The notes: generated by a model not told the origin, from the letters alone. Shown: positions 21,536 through 32,514, counted from the stretch's first letter. The stretch is DNA of 64,000 nt from an uncultured delta proteobacterium (GCA_963845515.1 CAWJSR010000049.1:64001-128000); one strand, 5' to 3'. Made by a program: numbers and translations.

Positions 21536-24154
21536 ATGACCGACACCTTCCAGAAGCCCCGCCGCTGGCCGAAGGTCCTCGCCGCGGTCGTCGTCGTGCT
21601 CGCCGTCCTCACCGTGGCCGCGGCCTTCACGCTCGACCGGATCCTCACCTCCGTCGCGCGCGAGCAGGCGGCCGTCCTCTCGAGGCAGTGGGAGCGCCCG
21701 ATCGAGATCGGCGCGGTGAAGACCACCTTCCTCGGCCGGCTGGGGGTCCGGGTCGAGGCGGTGAAGATCGGCGCGGCGGCCGGCGAGCCGCGCCCCCTCC
21801 TGGAGCTCGACCGCGCCGAGGTGCGGCTGGCGCTGGTCGAGGCGCTCACGTCGCGCGGGAAGGACGTGCGCATCGAGAGCGCCGAGCTGCAGGGGCTCCG
21901 GGTCGCGGTGGTCAAGGCGAAGGACGGGAAGACCAACGTGGACCGGCTCACCGAGGCCATGGCGAGGAACGCACCGCCCGAGGGGCCGACCGCGCCGGAG
22001 GGCGCGAAGGAGGGCGAGCGCCCCGCCGACCTGTCGATGGTCCGCGTGGAGCATGCGGCCGTCCTGGACGGGCGGATCGCCTTCGTCGACGAGGGGGCCG
22101 GCGGCAAGGAGCTCTTCGTGGAGGACCTGGACCTCGTCGTGGACGGGCTCGCCGCGGGCGCCCCGCTGGAGGTGGTCATCAGGGCGGGGATCCTCTCGGC
22201 GAAGCAGAACCTGGAGCTGAGGGTCCACGCGCCGCCCCTGCCGGCGACGCTCACGCCGTCTCCCGACCACGTGACGCTCAAGGTCGAGCCGGTAGATCTC
22301 ACTCCGCTCGCGCCCTTCGCGCCCCGAGACGCAGGGTTCCGGGGCGGACGGTTCGCCGCCGATCTCGACGTCGTGGTCGGCGCGGCCGTCCCGGGCGGCG
22401 CCGGGCCGACGGTGGTCCGCGGTGGCTTCGCTGCCACGGCGCTCCGCTTCGCGGGGCAGGAGGGCGGGAAGGCGCTCGACGTGACGCTCGACGCCGACCT
22501 GACGGCCGACCTCCAGAAGGGGGATCTCTCCATCGCGAAGCTGCTCCTCTCCTTCGGCCCCGCGGCCCTGGAGGGGAAGGGGAAGGTGACCGCCCTGCTG
22601 TCCGAGAGCCCACGGATCGAGGGGCTGCGCATCGTCTCCAGGAACCTCGACCTCGCCGCGCTCGCCCCCTACTACCCGCCGCTGCCGAAGCTGCTCGGCG
22701 GGACCGTGGCGGGCCCTATCGCCCTCACCGCGGAGGCGGCCGGGACCGCCGAGCGGCCGGTCCTGGAGCTGCGCGCAGACCTGACACCGGTCCGGCTCTC
22801 GCTCCCCAGGCAGGTGGAGAAGGCGCCGGGCGGCAAGCTGCTCTTCGTCGCGAGGCTGCGCGGCGGCGCCGCCGGCGCGCTCAGGTTCGACGCCGAGGGC
22901 GACCTGACGGGGCTCGATCTGCGCCCGGGCGGCTCGCTCGCCAAGAAGCCGGGCGACCGGCTCACCTTCGCGACCACCGCCACCCGCTCGGTCGCGGGGA
23001 GGGCCCAGAAGCTCGAGCTCGCGTCCTTCGCCATGACCCTCGCCGACATGAACGTGAAGGCGCGCGGAACGACCGAGCTCGCGCCGCGGTCGACCCGCTT
23101 CGACCTCGCCGTCGAGATCGACCGCGTCGACGTCGACAAGCTGCTCATCCCGTCGCCCAGGGAGGAGCCGGCCAAGGAGGCGCCGAAGGCGAAGGGGGAC
23201 GCCGCGTCCACCTACGCGGGGCTCTCGGGGAAGGCGTCGCTCCGGATCGGCCAGGTGATCGCCGAGAAGCAGAAGCTGAGCGACGTCCGGGTCACCGTCT
23301 TGATGAAGGAGGACGAGGTGACCGTGCAGGAGGGGCGGCTCGGGCTCTGGGACGGCGTCCTCAGCGTCGCCGGCACGCAGGCGCGGCTCGCGCCGGCCGA
23401 CATGCCCTTCACGCTGGCGGCGAAGGTCGAGCGGGTGGCGGTCGAGGGAGCGCTCGCCGCCTTCACCGACAAGAAGGTGCTGACCGGCCGTCTCGACGCA
23501 GAGGTCAAGCTCTCCGGCAGGGGCGAGGACACCGACCGGATCCTGAAGGCGCTCGACGGGACGATCGACGGGAAGCTCCGCGACGGCCTCTTCCACGGGA
23601 AGGATCTCATCGGCGAGGTCGCAGAGCCGATCGTGAAGGCGATCCCCGCGCTCGGGTCGAAGGTCACGAAGGGAGGGGCGACGAAGCTCGGCAAGGTCCT
23701 CGCCGTGTCACTCCGGATCGAGGACGGCAGGGCGCTGCTCCAGAAGCCGCTGGAGTTCGAGGAGCGCGGCGCGTCGTTCAAGGTCCAGGGCGCCTTCGCC
23801 TTCGACGGCGAGCTGGAGATGCCGACGGCGCTCACGCTCTCGCCCGAGGCGGTGGCCGGCCTGACCGGTGGCAAGGCGAAGGTCGACGAGCCGCTGCCGT
23901 TCTCCTTCAAGCTGGTGGGGAAGGCGTGGAGCCCGCGCCTCTCGGGGCTCGACGTGATGCCGGCCGTCAAGGCGATCGCCGCGAAGCTCGGGGCGGCCGC
24001 GCTCGGGAAGGCGCTCGGGCTCGAAGGCACGCCGCAGGAGGCCGCGAAGGAGAAGGCGGCGGAGGTGAAGGAGAAGGCCCAGGAGAAGGTCCAGGACGCC
24101 ACGAAGGCCCTCAAGAAGGACGCGGCGAAGAAGCTGAAGGGGCTGTTCAGGTAG
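21536..24154 (+). CDS. AsmA family protein
   Basis: N-terminal TM anchor, DGKTNVDRL motif, long repeated beta-groove-like sequence, IDRVDVDKLL, Lys-rich helical C-terminus. Confidence 0.82.
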   Translation: MTDTFQKPRRWPKVLAAVVVVLAVLTVAAAFTLDRILTSVAREQAAVLSRQWERPIEIGAVKTTFLGRLGVRVEAVKIGAAAGEPRPLLELDRAEVRLALVEALTSRGKDVRIESAELQGLRVAVVKAKDGKTNVDRLTEAMARNAPPEGPTAPEGAKEGERPADLSMVRVEHAAVLDGRIAFVDEGAGGKELFVEDLDLVVDGLAAGAPLEVVIRAGILSAKQNLELRVHAPPLPATLTPSPDHVTLKVEPVDLTPLAPFAPRDAGFRGGRFAADLDVVVGAAVPGGAGPTVVRGGFAATALRFAGQEGGKALDVTLDADLTADLQKGDLSIAKLLLSFGPAALEGKGKVTALLSESPRIEGLRIVSRNLDLAALAPYYPPLPKLLGGTVAGPIALTAEAAGTAERPVLELRADLTPVRLSLPRQVEKAPGGKLLFVARLRGGAAGALRFDAEGDLTGLDLRPGGSLAKKPGDRLTFATTATRSVAGRAQKLELASFAMTLADMNVKARGTTELAPRSTRFDLAVEIDRVDVDKLLIPSPREEPAKEAPKAKGDAASTYAGLSGKASLRIGQVIAEKQKLSDVRVTVLMKEDEVTVQEGRLGLWDGVLSVAGTQARLAPADMPFTLAAKVERVAVEGALAAFTDKKVLTGRLDAEVKLSGRGEDTDRILKALDGTIDGKLRDGLFHGKDLIGEVAEPIVKAIPALGSKVTKGGATKLGKVLAVSLRIEDGRALLQKPLEFEERGASFKVQGAFAFDGELEMPTALTLSPEAVAGLTGGKAKVDEPLPFSFKLVGKAWSPRLSGLDVMPAVKAIAAKLGAAALGKALGLEGTPQEAAKEKAAEVKEKAQEKVQDATKALKKDAAKKLKGLFR

Positions 24155-24192
24155 ACGGGGCGCTTCGCGGGGCCCCCTCCCTGCCGCGCCGG

Positions 24193-24414
24193 TCAGCGCG
24201 TCAGCAGGCGGGCCAGCACGAGCGCCGCGAAGCCGAGCATGCCGGCCGCCCACCCGAGCAGGATGAGCCCGGCGAAGACTGCCTGCGCGCCGGTGACGGT
24301 CCGCCCCTGAATCAGGGCCTTCCGGCGCTTGATGGCGAAGACACCCTTGGCGGCCACCCATATGCCGGGGACGCCGAGGAGGACGCAGGCGAGGAGGACG
24401 AGGGCGCGGGCCAT
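24193..24414 (-). CDS. Small two-TM hypothetical protein
   Basis: 73-aa ORF with two hydrophobic segments. Confidence 0.6.
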   Translation of the reverse strand: MARALVLLACVLLGVPGIWVAAKGVFAIKRRKALIQGRTVTGAQAVFAGLILLGWAAGMLGFAALVLARLLTR

Positions 24415-24432
24415 CGGCGCATCTTAGTGCCA

Positions 24433-25209
24433 CTAGCCCGCCGACCGCGACCTGACCCGGAGCATCCACGCGAAGGCCGCCACGGCCGCGGCCGCGAGCA
24501 GGTGCTTCGCGGCGTGTCCTCCGACGAACCCGGTGGCGCCGAGGATCCGGGCGTCGAGGAGCTCCGCGCCCTTCGCGAGCACGTAGAGCAGGAGCCCCGC
24601 GATCCACCCCGCGCCGTGCGAGTAGCGCGGCTGGAAGAGCAGCAGGACGAGGGGGACGAGGAGCATCGGCGCGAACTGGGCCACCACGTACGGGCGCAGG
24701 TCGCCGCGCCCCATCGTCTCGGTGACGAACCAGTAAACCACTGTCGCGGCGGCGCCGAGCGTGGCGGGCGCGAGCAGCCTCGCCGAAGCCGCCCCGATCC
24801 GCTCGGAGAGCACCGTGACGAGGAGCGCAGCGAACGCCACCGCCATCGGCAGCCGGTCGAGGAGCAGCGAGCCGTTGGCCGGGGCCAGGTGGTAGAAGGC
24901 CGACCCCGGCGCGACGAGCGCGACGGCCGCGAAGAAGGTGATCCACGGCGCGCGCTCGCGCCGGTCGGAGGGGCGGAACTCCGGGGCGAAGACCACGCCG
25001 AGCCCGGCGAGGCCGGCGAGCAGGAAGGCGACGTTGGAGAGGACGTCGGCGGCGTTGGGGATGGGGCCCAGCGCGCGCCGATCGGCGAACAGATGGTACG
25101 CGGGATCCTGGGCGAGGCGCGGCAGGAGCGCGGCGGCGATCGCGGCTCCGCCCGCGAGGAGGGCTACCGCACCGACGCGCCAACGCCTCGCGCGGCCGAT
25201 CGGTTCCAT
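24433..25209 (-). CDS. Ceramidase-like (CREST) membrane hydrolase
   Basis: QDPAYHLFADRR, DVLSNVAF, GSAFYHLAP, DRLPM, GDLRPY, GGHAAKHLLAA. Confidence 0.8.
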   Translation of the reverse strand: MEPIGRARRWRVGAVALLAGGAAIAAALLPRLAQDPAYHLFADRRALGPIPNAADVLSNVAFLLAGLAGLGVVFAPEFRPSDRRERAPWITFFAAVALVAPGSAFYHLAPANGSLLLDRLPMAVAFAALLVTVLSERIGAASARLLAPATLGAAATVVYWFVTETMGRGDLRPYVVAQFAPMLLVPLVLLLFQPRYSHGAGWIAGLLLYVLAKGAELLDARILGATGFVGGHAAKHLLAAAAVAAFAWMLRVRSRSAG

Positions 25210-25318
25210 GGTGACGAAAGCTCCTGCTGCCATCCTCTGCCTCCCGGGACAGCGCGCGGCGTGGCGCGCTCCGGGTTGGTGGAGACGGCGCCTCCCGCTG
25301 ATGTGACCCGCGTCGCGC

Positions 25319-25933
25319 TCAGTTGCGGCTGCCGCGCGGCGGGCCGCCGGGTCCCTCGAGGAGCGACAGGCCGCGCTCGCGGAGGAGCTGGGCGACCCGC
25401 TCGGAGGGGGTGCGGAGGTAGCGCTCGTACAGCCGGACGAGCCCCCGGTTGGAGCGGAGCTCCGAGAGCTCGGCGATCTCGGCGAAGCAGTCCACGAAGA
25501 GGCCGAACCGCCCGGACAGCTCGCCGTAGAGCGGCTCGAGCCCGCGCCGGCGCTCCACCTGCCCGACCGCTGCGTAGGCGTTGCCGCCCATCGCGATGTA
25601 GTAGTCCACGTCCACGGCGGAGCGCGCGAGGGAGTCGCCGAAGAAGCCCGAGACGAAGAGCGCGGTGTCCCCCAGCCGGCGCAGCTCGCGCACCCGGGCG
25701 TCTCCGGTGGCCTCCAGCGCGCGCAGCAGGATGATGGCCAGCGGCTCCTCGCGCACCGAGCCGTCAGCCTGCTCGACGCGGAGCCGCTCGGTGACCAGGA
25801 ACTTCGCGAGGAGATCCACGAGGTAGAACTCGGTCTCCGGCTGGATGTGCACGCGGCGGTGCGAGAGCACGTCGTCGACCCGCTGCCGGAAGAACTCGAG
25901 CACGCTCTCGGTGATCGGGCTGCGTTCGTCCAT
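25319..25933 (-). CDS. Conserved hypothetical protein
   Basis: EFYLVDLL, LRRLGDTALFVSGFFGDSL, VDYYIAMGGNAY; coherent codon usage and RBS. Confidence 0.75.
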   Translation of the reverse strand: MDERSPITESVLEFFRQRVDDVLSHRRVHIQPETEFYLVDLLAKFLVTERLRVEQADGSVREEPLAIILLRALEATGDARVRELRRLGDTALFVSGFFGDSLARSAVDVDYYIAMGGNAYAAVGQVERRRGLEPLYGELSGRFGLFVDCFAEIAELSELRSNRGLVRLYERYLRTPSERVAQLLRERGLSLLEGPGGPPRGSRN

Positions 25934-26056
25934 GGCGGAGACGCCTCCTCGTGCCTCCTCTTGAAGGTAGCGCCGCCGCCGCTGGCGCTCAACCCCAGGA
26001 GCCCCGGCGCCCTGCGCGCGGCCCCCGGAGCCCGGGCGCGGTCCCTCCGCCGACGC

Positions 26057-26887
26057 TCAGGCGAAGAGGTCGCCTGCGACGGCGGGCGCGTCCGGGTCCA
26101 CGCGACGGGAGACCTCGAGGAGCGTCTGCACCGCCCGGCGGCCCGCCTCGCCGAGGCCGAGCGAGAAGGCGTTTACGTAGAGGTCGATGTGCTGGCGCAT
26201 CACCGCGTCGTCCAGCTCCTGCGCGTGGCGGCGGACGTAGTCGGAGAGGAAGGTGCGCCGGCCGTTCGCCTGCTCGAGGCTCAGCCGGATGAGCCCGTTC
26301 ACGTCGCGCCGGATGGCCGGGTCGAGGGAGCGCCGCGCGACGATGCCGCCCAGCGGGATCGGGGAGCGGGTCTCGCGCTCCCAGTGTTCGCCCAGATCGA
26401 CGAGCTTCGCGAGCCCCTTGGCCGCGTAGGTGAAGCGGCTCTCGTGGATGATGACCCCCGCGTCGACCCTGCCCTCCAGGACGGCCGCCTCGATCTCGGA
26501 GAAGACGACGAACCGCTTCCCGGTGGCGCCGGGAAAGGCGAGGGAGAAGAGCAGGTGGGCGGTCGTGTCGCGCCCCGGGATCGCGACCGTCATGCTCGCC
26601 GGATCGAACCGCGCGACGCCTGGGCGGGCCACCAGGAGCGGTCCGACGCCCTCGCCCAGGGCGCCGCCGGCCTCGAGCAGCGCGTACCGGTCGGCGACCC
26701 GCGGGAGCACCCCGTAGCTGATCTTGCTGACGTCGAGCCGCCCCGCCAGCGCCCACTCGTTGAGCGTCTGGACGTCCTCGAGCACGGGGTCGAAGCGCAG
26801 CCCGCCGGTGTCGATCCCACCGTTCACGAGGGCGTCGAAGATGAACGTGTCGTTGGGGCAGGGGGAGAAGCCGAGCGTGAGTCGCAT
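26057..26887 (-). CDS. mqnD: 1,4-dihydroxy-6-naphthoate synthase (futalosine menaquinone pathway)
   Basis: MRLTLGFSPCPNDTFIFDAL, DVQTLN, GGALGEGVGPLLV, IIHESRFTY, PIPLGGI, HIDLYVN. Confidence 0.92.
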   Translation of the reverse strand: MRLTLGFSPCPNDTFIFDALVNGGIDTGGLRFDPVLEDVQTLNEWALAGRLDVSKISYGVLPRVADRYALLEAGGALGEGVGPLLVARPGVARFDPASMTVAIPGRDTTAHLLFSLAFPGATGKRFVVFSEIEAAVLEGRVDAGVIIHESRFTYAAKGLAKLVDLGEHWERETRSPIPLGGIVARRSLDPAIRRDVNGLIRLSLEQANGRRTFLSDYVRRHAQELDDAVMRQHIDLYVNAFSLGLGEAGRRAVQTLLEVSRRVDPDAPAVAGDLFA

Positions 26888-26911
26888 GGGCGTCGAACCC
26901 GGAGAGGATCC

Positions 26912-26948
26912 CCCTCTCCCCCACCGGGGGAGAGGGACGGGTGAGGGG
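26912..26948 (-). repeat. BoxC/REP-like palindromic element, copy 2 (leuB-mqnD intergenic)
   Basis: ccctctccccc-acc-gggggagaggg-acgggtgagggg. Confidence 0.75.
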
Positions 26949-26955
26949 TGGCTGG

Positions 26956-28017
26956 CTACGCGAGCCGCTTGAGGATCTCGTCGGCCATCTGCGTGGTCGA
27001 GAGCTTGCCGCCGAGGTCGGCGGTGCGCGCCCCCTCGGTGATGGTCAGGTCGACGGCCGCCTCGATCGACGCGGCCTCGGCCTCGAGGCCGAGGGTGTGG
27101 CGGAGCATCATCGCGACCGAGAGGATGGTGCCGACGGGGTTGGCGATCCCCTTGCCCGCGATGTCCGGCGCCGAGCCGTGGATCGGCTCGTAGAGGCCGG
27201 GGCCGCCGGCGCCGATCGACGCCGAGGGGAGCATGCCCATCGAGCCGGCGAGGACCGAGGCCTCGTCGGTGAGGATGTCGCCGAACATGTTCTCGGTGAC
27301 CACGACGTCGAGGCTGGCCGGGCTCGTGATGAGCCGCATCGCGGCGGTGTCGACCAGCATGTGGTCGACGGCCACGTCCGGGTTCAGCCGGCCGGTCTCC
27401 GCGGCGATCTCCCGCCAGAGCCTGGACGACTCCAGGACGTTGGCCTTGTCGACGCTCGTGACCCTCTTCTTGCGCCCCTTCGCGATCTTGAAGGCCAGCT
27501 CGACGACGCGGCGCACCTCGTAGTCGTAGTACTCGAGCGTGTCGACCGCGCGCTCGCGCCCGTCCTTGACGTCGCGCCCCTTCGGGAAGCCGAAGTAGAG
27601 CCCGCCAGTCAGCTCGCGGATGACGATGATGTCGACGCCCTTCAGCTTCTCCGCCTTGAGCGGCGACGCGTCGATGAGCGCCGGGTGGACCTTCACCGGC
27701 CTCAGGTTCGCGAAGACGCCCAGCCCCTTGCGCAGCCCGAGGAGCCCCTGCTCCGGCCGGACCTTCGCCTTCGGATCGTCCCACTTCGGGCCGCCGACCG
27801 CGCCGAGGAGGACGGCGGTCGACTTCTGGCACTCGGCCAGGACAGCGTCGGTGAGCGCGACGCCGTGGGCGTCGATGGAGCAGCCGCCCATCAGCCGCTC
27901 GACGAACGTGAAGTCGTGGCCGCGCTTCTTGGCCACCACCTGCAGGACGCGGACGGCTTCGGTCGTCACCTCGGGACCGATGCCATCGCCGGGGAGGACG
28001 ACGATGTGTGCCTTCAA
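26956..28017 (-). CDS. leuB: 3-isopropylmalate dehydrogenase
   Basis: [72 protein letters not shown] start after AAGGAG. Confidence 0.95.
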   Translation of the reverse strand: MKAHIVVLPGDGIGPEVTTEAVRVLQVVAKKRGHDFTFVERLMGGCSIDAHGVALTDAVLAECQKSTAVLLGAVGGPKWDDPKAKVRPEQGLLGLRKGLGVFANLRPVKVHPALIDASPLKAEKLKGVDIIVIRELTGGLYFGFPKGRDVKDGRERAVDTLEYYDYEVRRVVELAFKIAKGRKKRVTSVDKANVLESSRLWREIAAETGRLNPDVAVDHMLVDTAAMRLITSPASLDVVVTENMFGDILTDEASVLAGSMGMLPSASIGAGGPGLYEPIHGSAPDIAGKGIANPVGTILSVAMMLRHTLGLEAEAASIEAAVDLTITEGARTADLGGKLSTTQMADEILKRLA

Positions 28018-28040
28018 CGGAGTCTCCTTCGGTTGTGGGA

Positions 28041-29588
28041 TCAGACGGCCAGCGTCAGGCCGTACTCGACGGCGTCGGCGAGGGCTCGCCATGACGCCTC
28101 GATGATGTTGGTGCTCGCGCCGACGGTGCTCCAGCGCCTGGTGCCGCGCTGGAAGTCGATGAGGACGCGCGTGATGGCGCCGGTGCCGGTGGTCGGGTCG
28201 AGGATGCGGACCTTGAAGTCGGTGAGCCGGACGTCCTTGATCTCGGGGAAGCGCGGCGCGAGGGCCTTGCGGAGCGCCGCGTCGAGCGCGTCGACGGGGC
28301 CGTCGCCCTCGGCGGCGGTGTGGAGCACCTCGCCGTCGACCTTCACCTTGACCATCGCCTCCGAGAAGATCCCCCGGCCCGTCCGGTGCTCGACGTTGAC
28401 CAGGAAGTCGATCAGGTCGAAGGGGGGCTTGTAGCCCGGCTCCTGCCGCTTCATGAGGAGGGCCACCGACGCCTCGGCCGCCTCGAAGGAGAAGCCGCGC
28501 GCCTCCAGCGCCTTGATCTCGTTGAGCACGCTGGCCACGTCGGCCTTCGGGTCGAGGCCGAACTCCTCCGCCTTGGACATCAGGTTTCCGCGGCCGGACA
28601 GCTCGCTCACGACCACGCGCATCTGGTTGCCGACCTGCTCGGGGTCGACGTGCTGGTACGAGACCGCGCTCCGGCGCATGGCCGCGACGTGGATGCCGCC
28701 CTTGTGGGCGAAGGCCGACTTGCCGACGTACGGCTGGTGCTCGTCAGCCGGCAGGTTGGCGATCTCGGCGATGTAGTGCGAGACCTCGTAGAGGGTGACG
28801 AGCTTCCCGGCCGGCAGGCACTCCTTGCCGAGCTTCAGCTCCAGCGACGGGATGCACGAGCAGAGGTTGGCGTTGCCGCAGCGCTCGCCGTACCCGTTGA
28901 TCGTCCCCTGGATCTGGATCGCCCCCGCCTCGACGGCGGCGAGCGAGTTCGCGACCGCCGTCTCGCTGTCGTTGTGGGCGTGGACGCCGAGCGGGTGCTT
29001 CAGCTCGGCGTAGACCGCCCGCACGGTCTCGGCGATCTGCCACGGCATCGAGCCGCCGTTGGTGTCGCAGAGGACCAGCGTCTCGGCGCCGCCCCGGATC
29101 CCCGCCTTGAGCGTCTCCAGCGCGTACTTCGGATCGGCCCGGTAGCCGTCGAAGAAGTGCTCGGCGTCGTAGATCACCCGGCGCCCCTGCGCCTTGAGGT
29201 ACGCGAGGCTCTGCTCGATGATCTTCAGGTTCTCCTCGAGCGTCGTCCGGAGCACCTCGGTGACGTGGAGGGTCCAGGTCTTGCCGACCACGGTGCAGAC
29301 CGGCGCGCCCGAGTCGAGCAGCGCCTTGATGTTGGCGTCATCCTCCGGTGTGCCACCCACCCGGCAGGTGGAGCCGAACGCCGCGATGAGCGCGTGCTCC
29401 CACTTCATCGCCTTCGCGCGATCGAAGAACTCGACGTCCTTCGGGTTGGACCCGGGCCAGCCGCCCTCGATGAAGGCGACGCCGAGCTCGTCCAGCCGCT
29501 TCGCGATCCGGATCTTGTCCTCGCAGGAGAGGGAGATCCCCTCGCGCTGGGTGCCGTCGCGGAGCGTCGTGTCGTAGATCTGGATCAT
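28041..29588 (-). CDS. cimA: Citramalate synthase (LeuA/CimA family)
   Basis: [58 protein letters not shown]; regulatory domain GDGPVDALD. Confidence 0.9.
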   Translation of the reverse strand: MIQIYDTTLRDGTQREGISLSCEDKIRIAKRLDELGVAFIEGGWPGSNPKDVEFFDRAKAMKWEHALIAAFGSTCRVGGTPEDDANIKALLDSGAPVCTVVGKTWTLHVTEVLRTTLEENLKIIEQSLAYLKAQGRRVIYDAEHFFDGYRADPKYALETLKAGIRGGAETLVLCDTNGGSMPWQIAETVRAVYAELKHPLGVHAHNDSETAVANSLAAVEAGAIQIQGTINGYGERCGNANLCSCIPSLELKLGKECLPAGKLVTLYEVSHYIAEIANLPADEHQPYVGKSAFAHKGGIHVAAMRRSAVSYQHVDPEQVGNQMRVVVSELSGRGNLMSKAEEFGLDPKADVASVLNEIKALEARGFSFEAAEASVALLMKRQEPGYKPPFDLIDFLVNVEHRTGRGIFSEAMVKVKVDGEVLHTAAEGDGPVDALDAALRKALAPRFPEIKDVRLTDFKVRILDPTTGTGAITRVLIDFQRGTRRWSTVGASTNIIEASWRALADAVEYGLTLAV

Positions 29589-29692
29589 CGGCCACCTCTG
29601 AGGATTGGGGCGCGCAGAAAGGCGCGAAGTATACACGACCCGCACAGGGGGATCGAGGGGGTGGGCCAGGGTTCGGCCCGGCCGGCGGCGCC

Positions 29693-30547
29693 TCACTTCA
29701 CCTGCTTCAGGAGCTCGTCCAGCTCAGCGTTCACCTCGCCCGGCTTGTCGAGCATGATCCAGTGCGAGGTCCCCTTCACCTTCCGGTAGGGCAGCCCCTC
29801 GACGTTGGCCTGGATCCCCTCGAGCACGAGCTGGCTCGCCGCCAGCGCGCGGCGCGGCCCCTTGTAGCGGGACAGCTCGCCCACCGAGTCGCTCGAGATG
29901 ACGGCCAGCGCGGCGCCGAGCAGCGACTCGCGCGCCGTCTTGCCGAGCGCCTCCTGCACCCGCTCGCGGGTGCCGGTCAGCGCGCCGTCTAGCAGCGGGC
30001 CGTAGCGGAGCGAGATGGTCTCCGCGACCCGCCCGGCCGCGAAGGCCTGCTCCTCCGCGGCCCTGACCGCGGGGGTGCGGTCGATCCTGCCGCTGTAGGC
30101 GTCGACGAAGAGGATGCCAGCCACCCGCAGCGGGTGGCGGGACGCGTAGGCGGTGGCCAGCGTCCCAGCGAAGTCGTGGACCACCAGCACGAACCGGGTC
30201 GCGCCGAGCGCGTCGGCCACCCGGCCGAGGTCCTCGCCGAGCGCCTCCGGGGACCGCTTCCCGTCGCGCGGGGGGTCCGACTGGCCGAAGCCCGGCAGAT
30301 CCACGGCGATGGCGCGGCGGGTCTGCCGGACGTGGGCGAGCTGCTCCGCCCAGACCCCGTGATCGCCGCCGGCGCCGTGGACGAAGAGGACCGGGATCCC
30401 TCCTCTCCCTCCGTCGTCGACGAAGACCTTCCCGCGGCTCGTGAGCACGGACCTGGTGGCCGCCGGGGGAGGCGCGGGCGGAGCCGTGGGGGCGCCAGCG
30501 CAGGCTGCGACGGCCGCCAGCAGGGGAGCGAGGAGGGTGCGGCGCAT
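29693..30547 (-). CDS. Alpha/beta hydrolase lipoprotein
   Basis: AVAAC lipobox, FVHGAGG, DLPGFGQS, VVHDFAG nucleophile elbow, GTSHWIMLDKP. Confidence 0.85.
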   Translation of the reverse strand: MRRTLLAPLLAAVAACAGAPTAPPAPPPAATRSVLTSRGKVFVDDGGRGGIPVLFVHGAGGDHGVWAEQLAHVRQTRRAIAVDLPGFGQSDPPRDGKRSPEALGEDLGRVADALGATRFVLVVHDFAGTLATAYASRHPLRVAGILFVDAYSGRIDRTPAVRAAEEQAFAAGRVAETISLRYGPLLDGALTGTRERVQEALGKTARESLLGAALAVISSDSVGELSRYKGPRRALAASQLVLEGIQANVEGLPYRKVKGTSHWIMLDKPGEVNAELDELLKQVK

Positions 30548-30603
30548 GGACAACGAGTAGCGCGGTGGCGGGCAGGTGCAAAGCCCTGCGAGCCGAGCCG
30601 CGA

Positions 30604-30638
30604 AAATGAAGGAGCCCGGCCATCTCTGACCGGGCTCC
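30604..30638 (-). terminator. Intrinsic terminator of the cold-shock gene
   Basis: Stem ggagcccgg/ccgggctcc with A-rich run (U-tail on the minus strand) immediately adjacent. Confidence 0.7.
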
Positions 30639-30659
30639 ATGGACTTCAGGTGAAGCGGA

Positions 30660-30863
30660 TCAGATGGCGCGAACGTTCGCAGCCTGGAGCCCCTTCGGGC
30701 CCTTCGTCACGTCGAACTCCACCTTCTGGCCCTCGGCGAGGGTACGGAACCCGTTCGCCTGAATGGCAGTGTGGTGGCAGAAGACGTCGTCGCCGCCGCC
30801 ATCCTGGGTGATGAAGCCGAAGCCCTTCGCATCGTTGAACCACTTCACGGTACCGGTAGCCAT
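30660..30863 (-). CDS. cspA: Cold-shock protein (CspA family)
   Basis: [50 protein letters not shown]...[10 protein letters not shown]. Confidence 0.97.
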   Translation of the reverse strand: MATGTVKWFNDAKGFGFITQDGGGDDVFCHHTAIQANGFRTLAEGQKVEFDVTKGPKGLQAANVRAI

Positions 30864-30941
30864 TACTGGTGTTCTCTTTTCTGTTCTGGGGCCGCGATTG
30901 TTGCAGCCCAGCCCGATCCGGATTTGGATCGGGAAGGTGCG

Positions 30942-30970
30942 TGTATACGCGGCTCCAGGCAAGAAGTCGA
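30942..30970 (-). promoter_or_regulatory. Putative sigma70-type promoter of csp
   Basis: Minus strand TCGACT-17 nt-TATACA about 80 nt upstream of the ATG; UTR hairpin cccgatcc/ggatcggg. Confidence 0.5.
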
Positions 30971-31094
30971 GGGAGATGCCAACGAATGTTGCAGGGTTGG
31001 GCCGAAGGGGGCTATCGGCTACCCCCTCCCGAGGGGTACAAAGGCTGATGCGCGACACGATACGGCAACCTCTGATGAACCGGTGGGGCCGGCC

Positions 31095-32243
31095 GTGAGC
31101 GACCTCGAGCGCGGCAAGCTCGTCCAGCACTCTACGCTGGGGCTCGGCAAGGTGGTAGCGCTGGAGCCGGACGCGGTCCACGTCTTCTTCCCAGGGCGCG
31201 GCGAGCGCTATGCAGCGAAGCTCCGGCTCCCGGGCGCCAGGGCATTTCTCCGGGTCGGAATCGAGGAGCGGAGCGCCTGGCTCGAGGGGCTCTCATCCTT
31301 CACCCTCGACGCGGCGAGCGGGCGCTGGGCCCTCCCGGCGCGCTGGCTGACGCTCGATCAGGCAGTAGCCCAGTTCCTGGCCGCCCAGCCCAAGGGCTTC
31401 ACCGTAGGCCCGACCGGGCGCGCGGCCGTGTGGCGCCAGGCGCACCAGCTCTACGCCGACACGCTCGGTAACGGCGAAGGCGAGCGGCTGCTCGACGCCG
31501 GCGAGGTGCGCGAGATCGTCAAGCGCCTGTTCAAGGTCGCCAGGCTCGTGAGCCCGCTGCACGACGAGGAGGAGCGCGACGCGGTCGAGGACGCGCTGGG
31601 CGACGACGACGCGACGCGCCGCTTCCTCCGCGCGCTCTTCGAGCTCGTCTCGGTCCCTTCGCCGGGACGCGCCCGGTTCGACAAGCTCTACGGCGTGGCC
31701 GCAGGCCTGCCCGGCGCACCATCGGCACGCTGGCTGCTCGTGACACTCTTCCCGTTCATCGCGCGCCCGGACAAGCACCCGCTCATGCGCCCCGGCTCGA
31801 CCCGCGAGGCCGCCGAGCGTCTCGGCTTCGACCTCCGCTTCGACGAAGCGCCCAACTGGAGCACCTTCGCGGCGCTTCGCGCGCTCTCGACGAAGCTGCT
31901 CGAGGCGCTGTCCGGCGCAGGGGCGCGTGACTTCGTGGACGTCGAGATCTTCGCGCACGCGGCGTCGACCATGCGGGCGAGCGGCCCGAAGCGCGCCACG
32001 AAGCGTGCAGCGAAGGTGGCCGTGGCGGAGCCGGAGAGGCCGAGCGGCAAGGTCGCCTCGAAGGCCGCGGTCGCCCAGGCCGCGAAGGTCGTCTCCAGCA
32101 AGCCGGCCAAGCCGGCCAAACCGGCCGCCAAGCGGGCGAAGACCCCCGCAAAGAAGCCCTCCACGCAGGTACGCGCGAAGACCGCCGCGGCGAAGCCCCG
32201 GCGCCACGCGCCCACTACAACCTCATCCAGGAGAACCCGATGA
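31095..32243 (+). CDS. DUF3553-like SH3 N-terminal domain protein with Lys/Ala/Pro-rich basic tail
   Basis: [12 protein letters not shown]...VHVFF N-terminus; [14 protein letters not shown]...PNW...RDFVDVEIF helical domain; tail [19 protein letters not shown]. Confidence 0.7.
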   Translation: MSDLERGKLVQHSTLGLGKVVALEPDAVHVFFPGRGERYAAKLRLPGARAFLRVGIEERSAWLEGLSSFTLDAASGRWALPARWLTLDQAVAQFLAAQPKGFTVGPTGRAAVWRQAHQLYADTLGNGEGERLLDAGEVREIVKRLFKVARLVSPLHDEEERDAVEDALGDDDATRRFLRALFELVSVPSPGRARFDKLYGVAAGLPGAPSARWLLVTLFPFIARPDKHPLMRPGSTREAAERLGFDLRFDEAPNWSTFAALRALSTKLLEALSGAGARDFVDVEIFAHAASTMRASGPKRATKRAAKVAVAEPERPSGKVASKAAVAQAAKVVSSKPAKPAKPAAKRAKTPAKKPSTQVRAKTAAAKPRRHAPTTTSSRRTR

Positions 32244-32446
32244 ACGACCAGTACAAAGAGTTCAAGGGACGCCTTCGCAGGCTCGACGAGATCCTCACGG
32301 ACCGTGGGCAGGGGAACGCCGACTTCGCCCAGGCGCTGAGCCGTGTCCGGCGCGCCGAGCGTCACGGCGACCGCACCCGCGCCCCCAGCAACGAGCTGGT
32401 CGGCCTGCTCGAGCGGGCCGAGACCATCGCTCGCGCCCTGAGCTGA
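32240..32446 (+). CDS. Small hypothetical protein
   Basis: 68-aa ORF with AGGAG RBS and ATGA overlap with the upstream stop. Confidence 0.65.
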   Translation: MNDQYKEFKGRLRRLDEILTDRGQGNADFAQALSRVRRAERHGDRTRAPSNELVGLLERAETIARALS

Positions 32447-32514
32447 GCAGGGAGGCGCGCCGAGGCGCGTCAGCGCCCTCGCACCGCCAGCCTCCCTCCC
32501 TGCTCTCGAACGAA

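Noticed and set aside
26057..27832. Apparent 591-aa N-terminally extended MqnD
   Set aside because: The extension is an alternative frame over leuB; the real start is MRLTLGFSPCPND at 26887.
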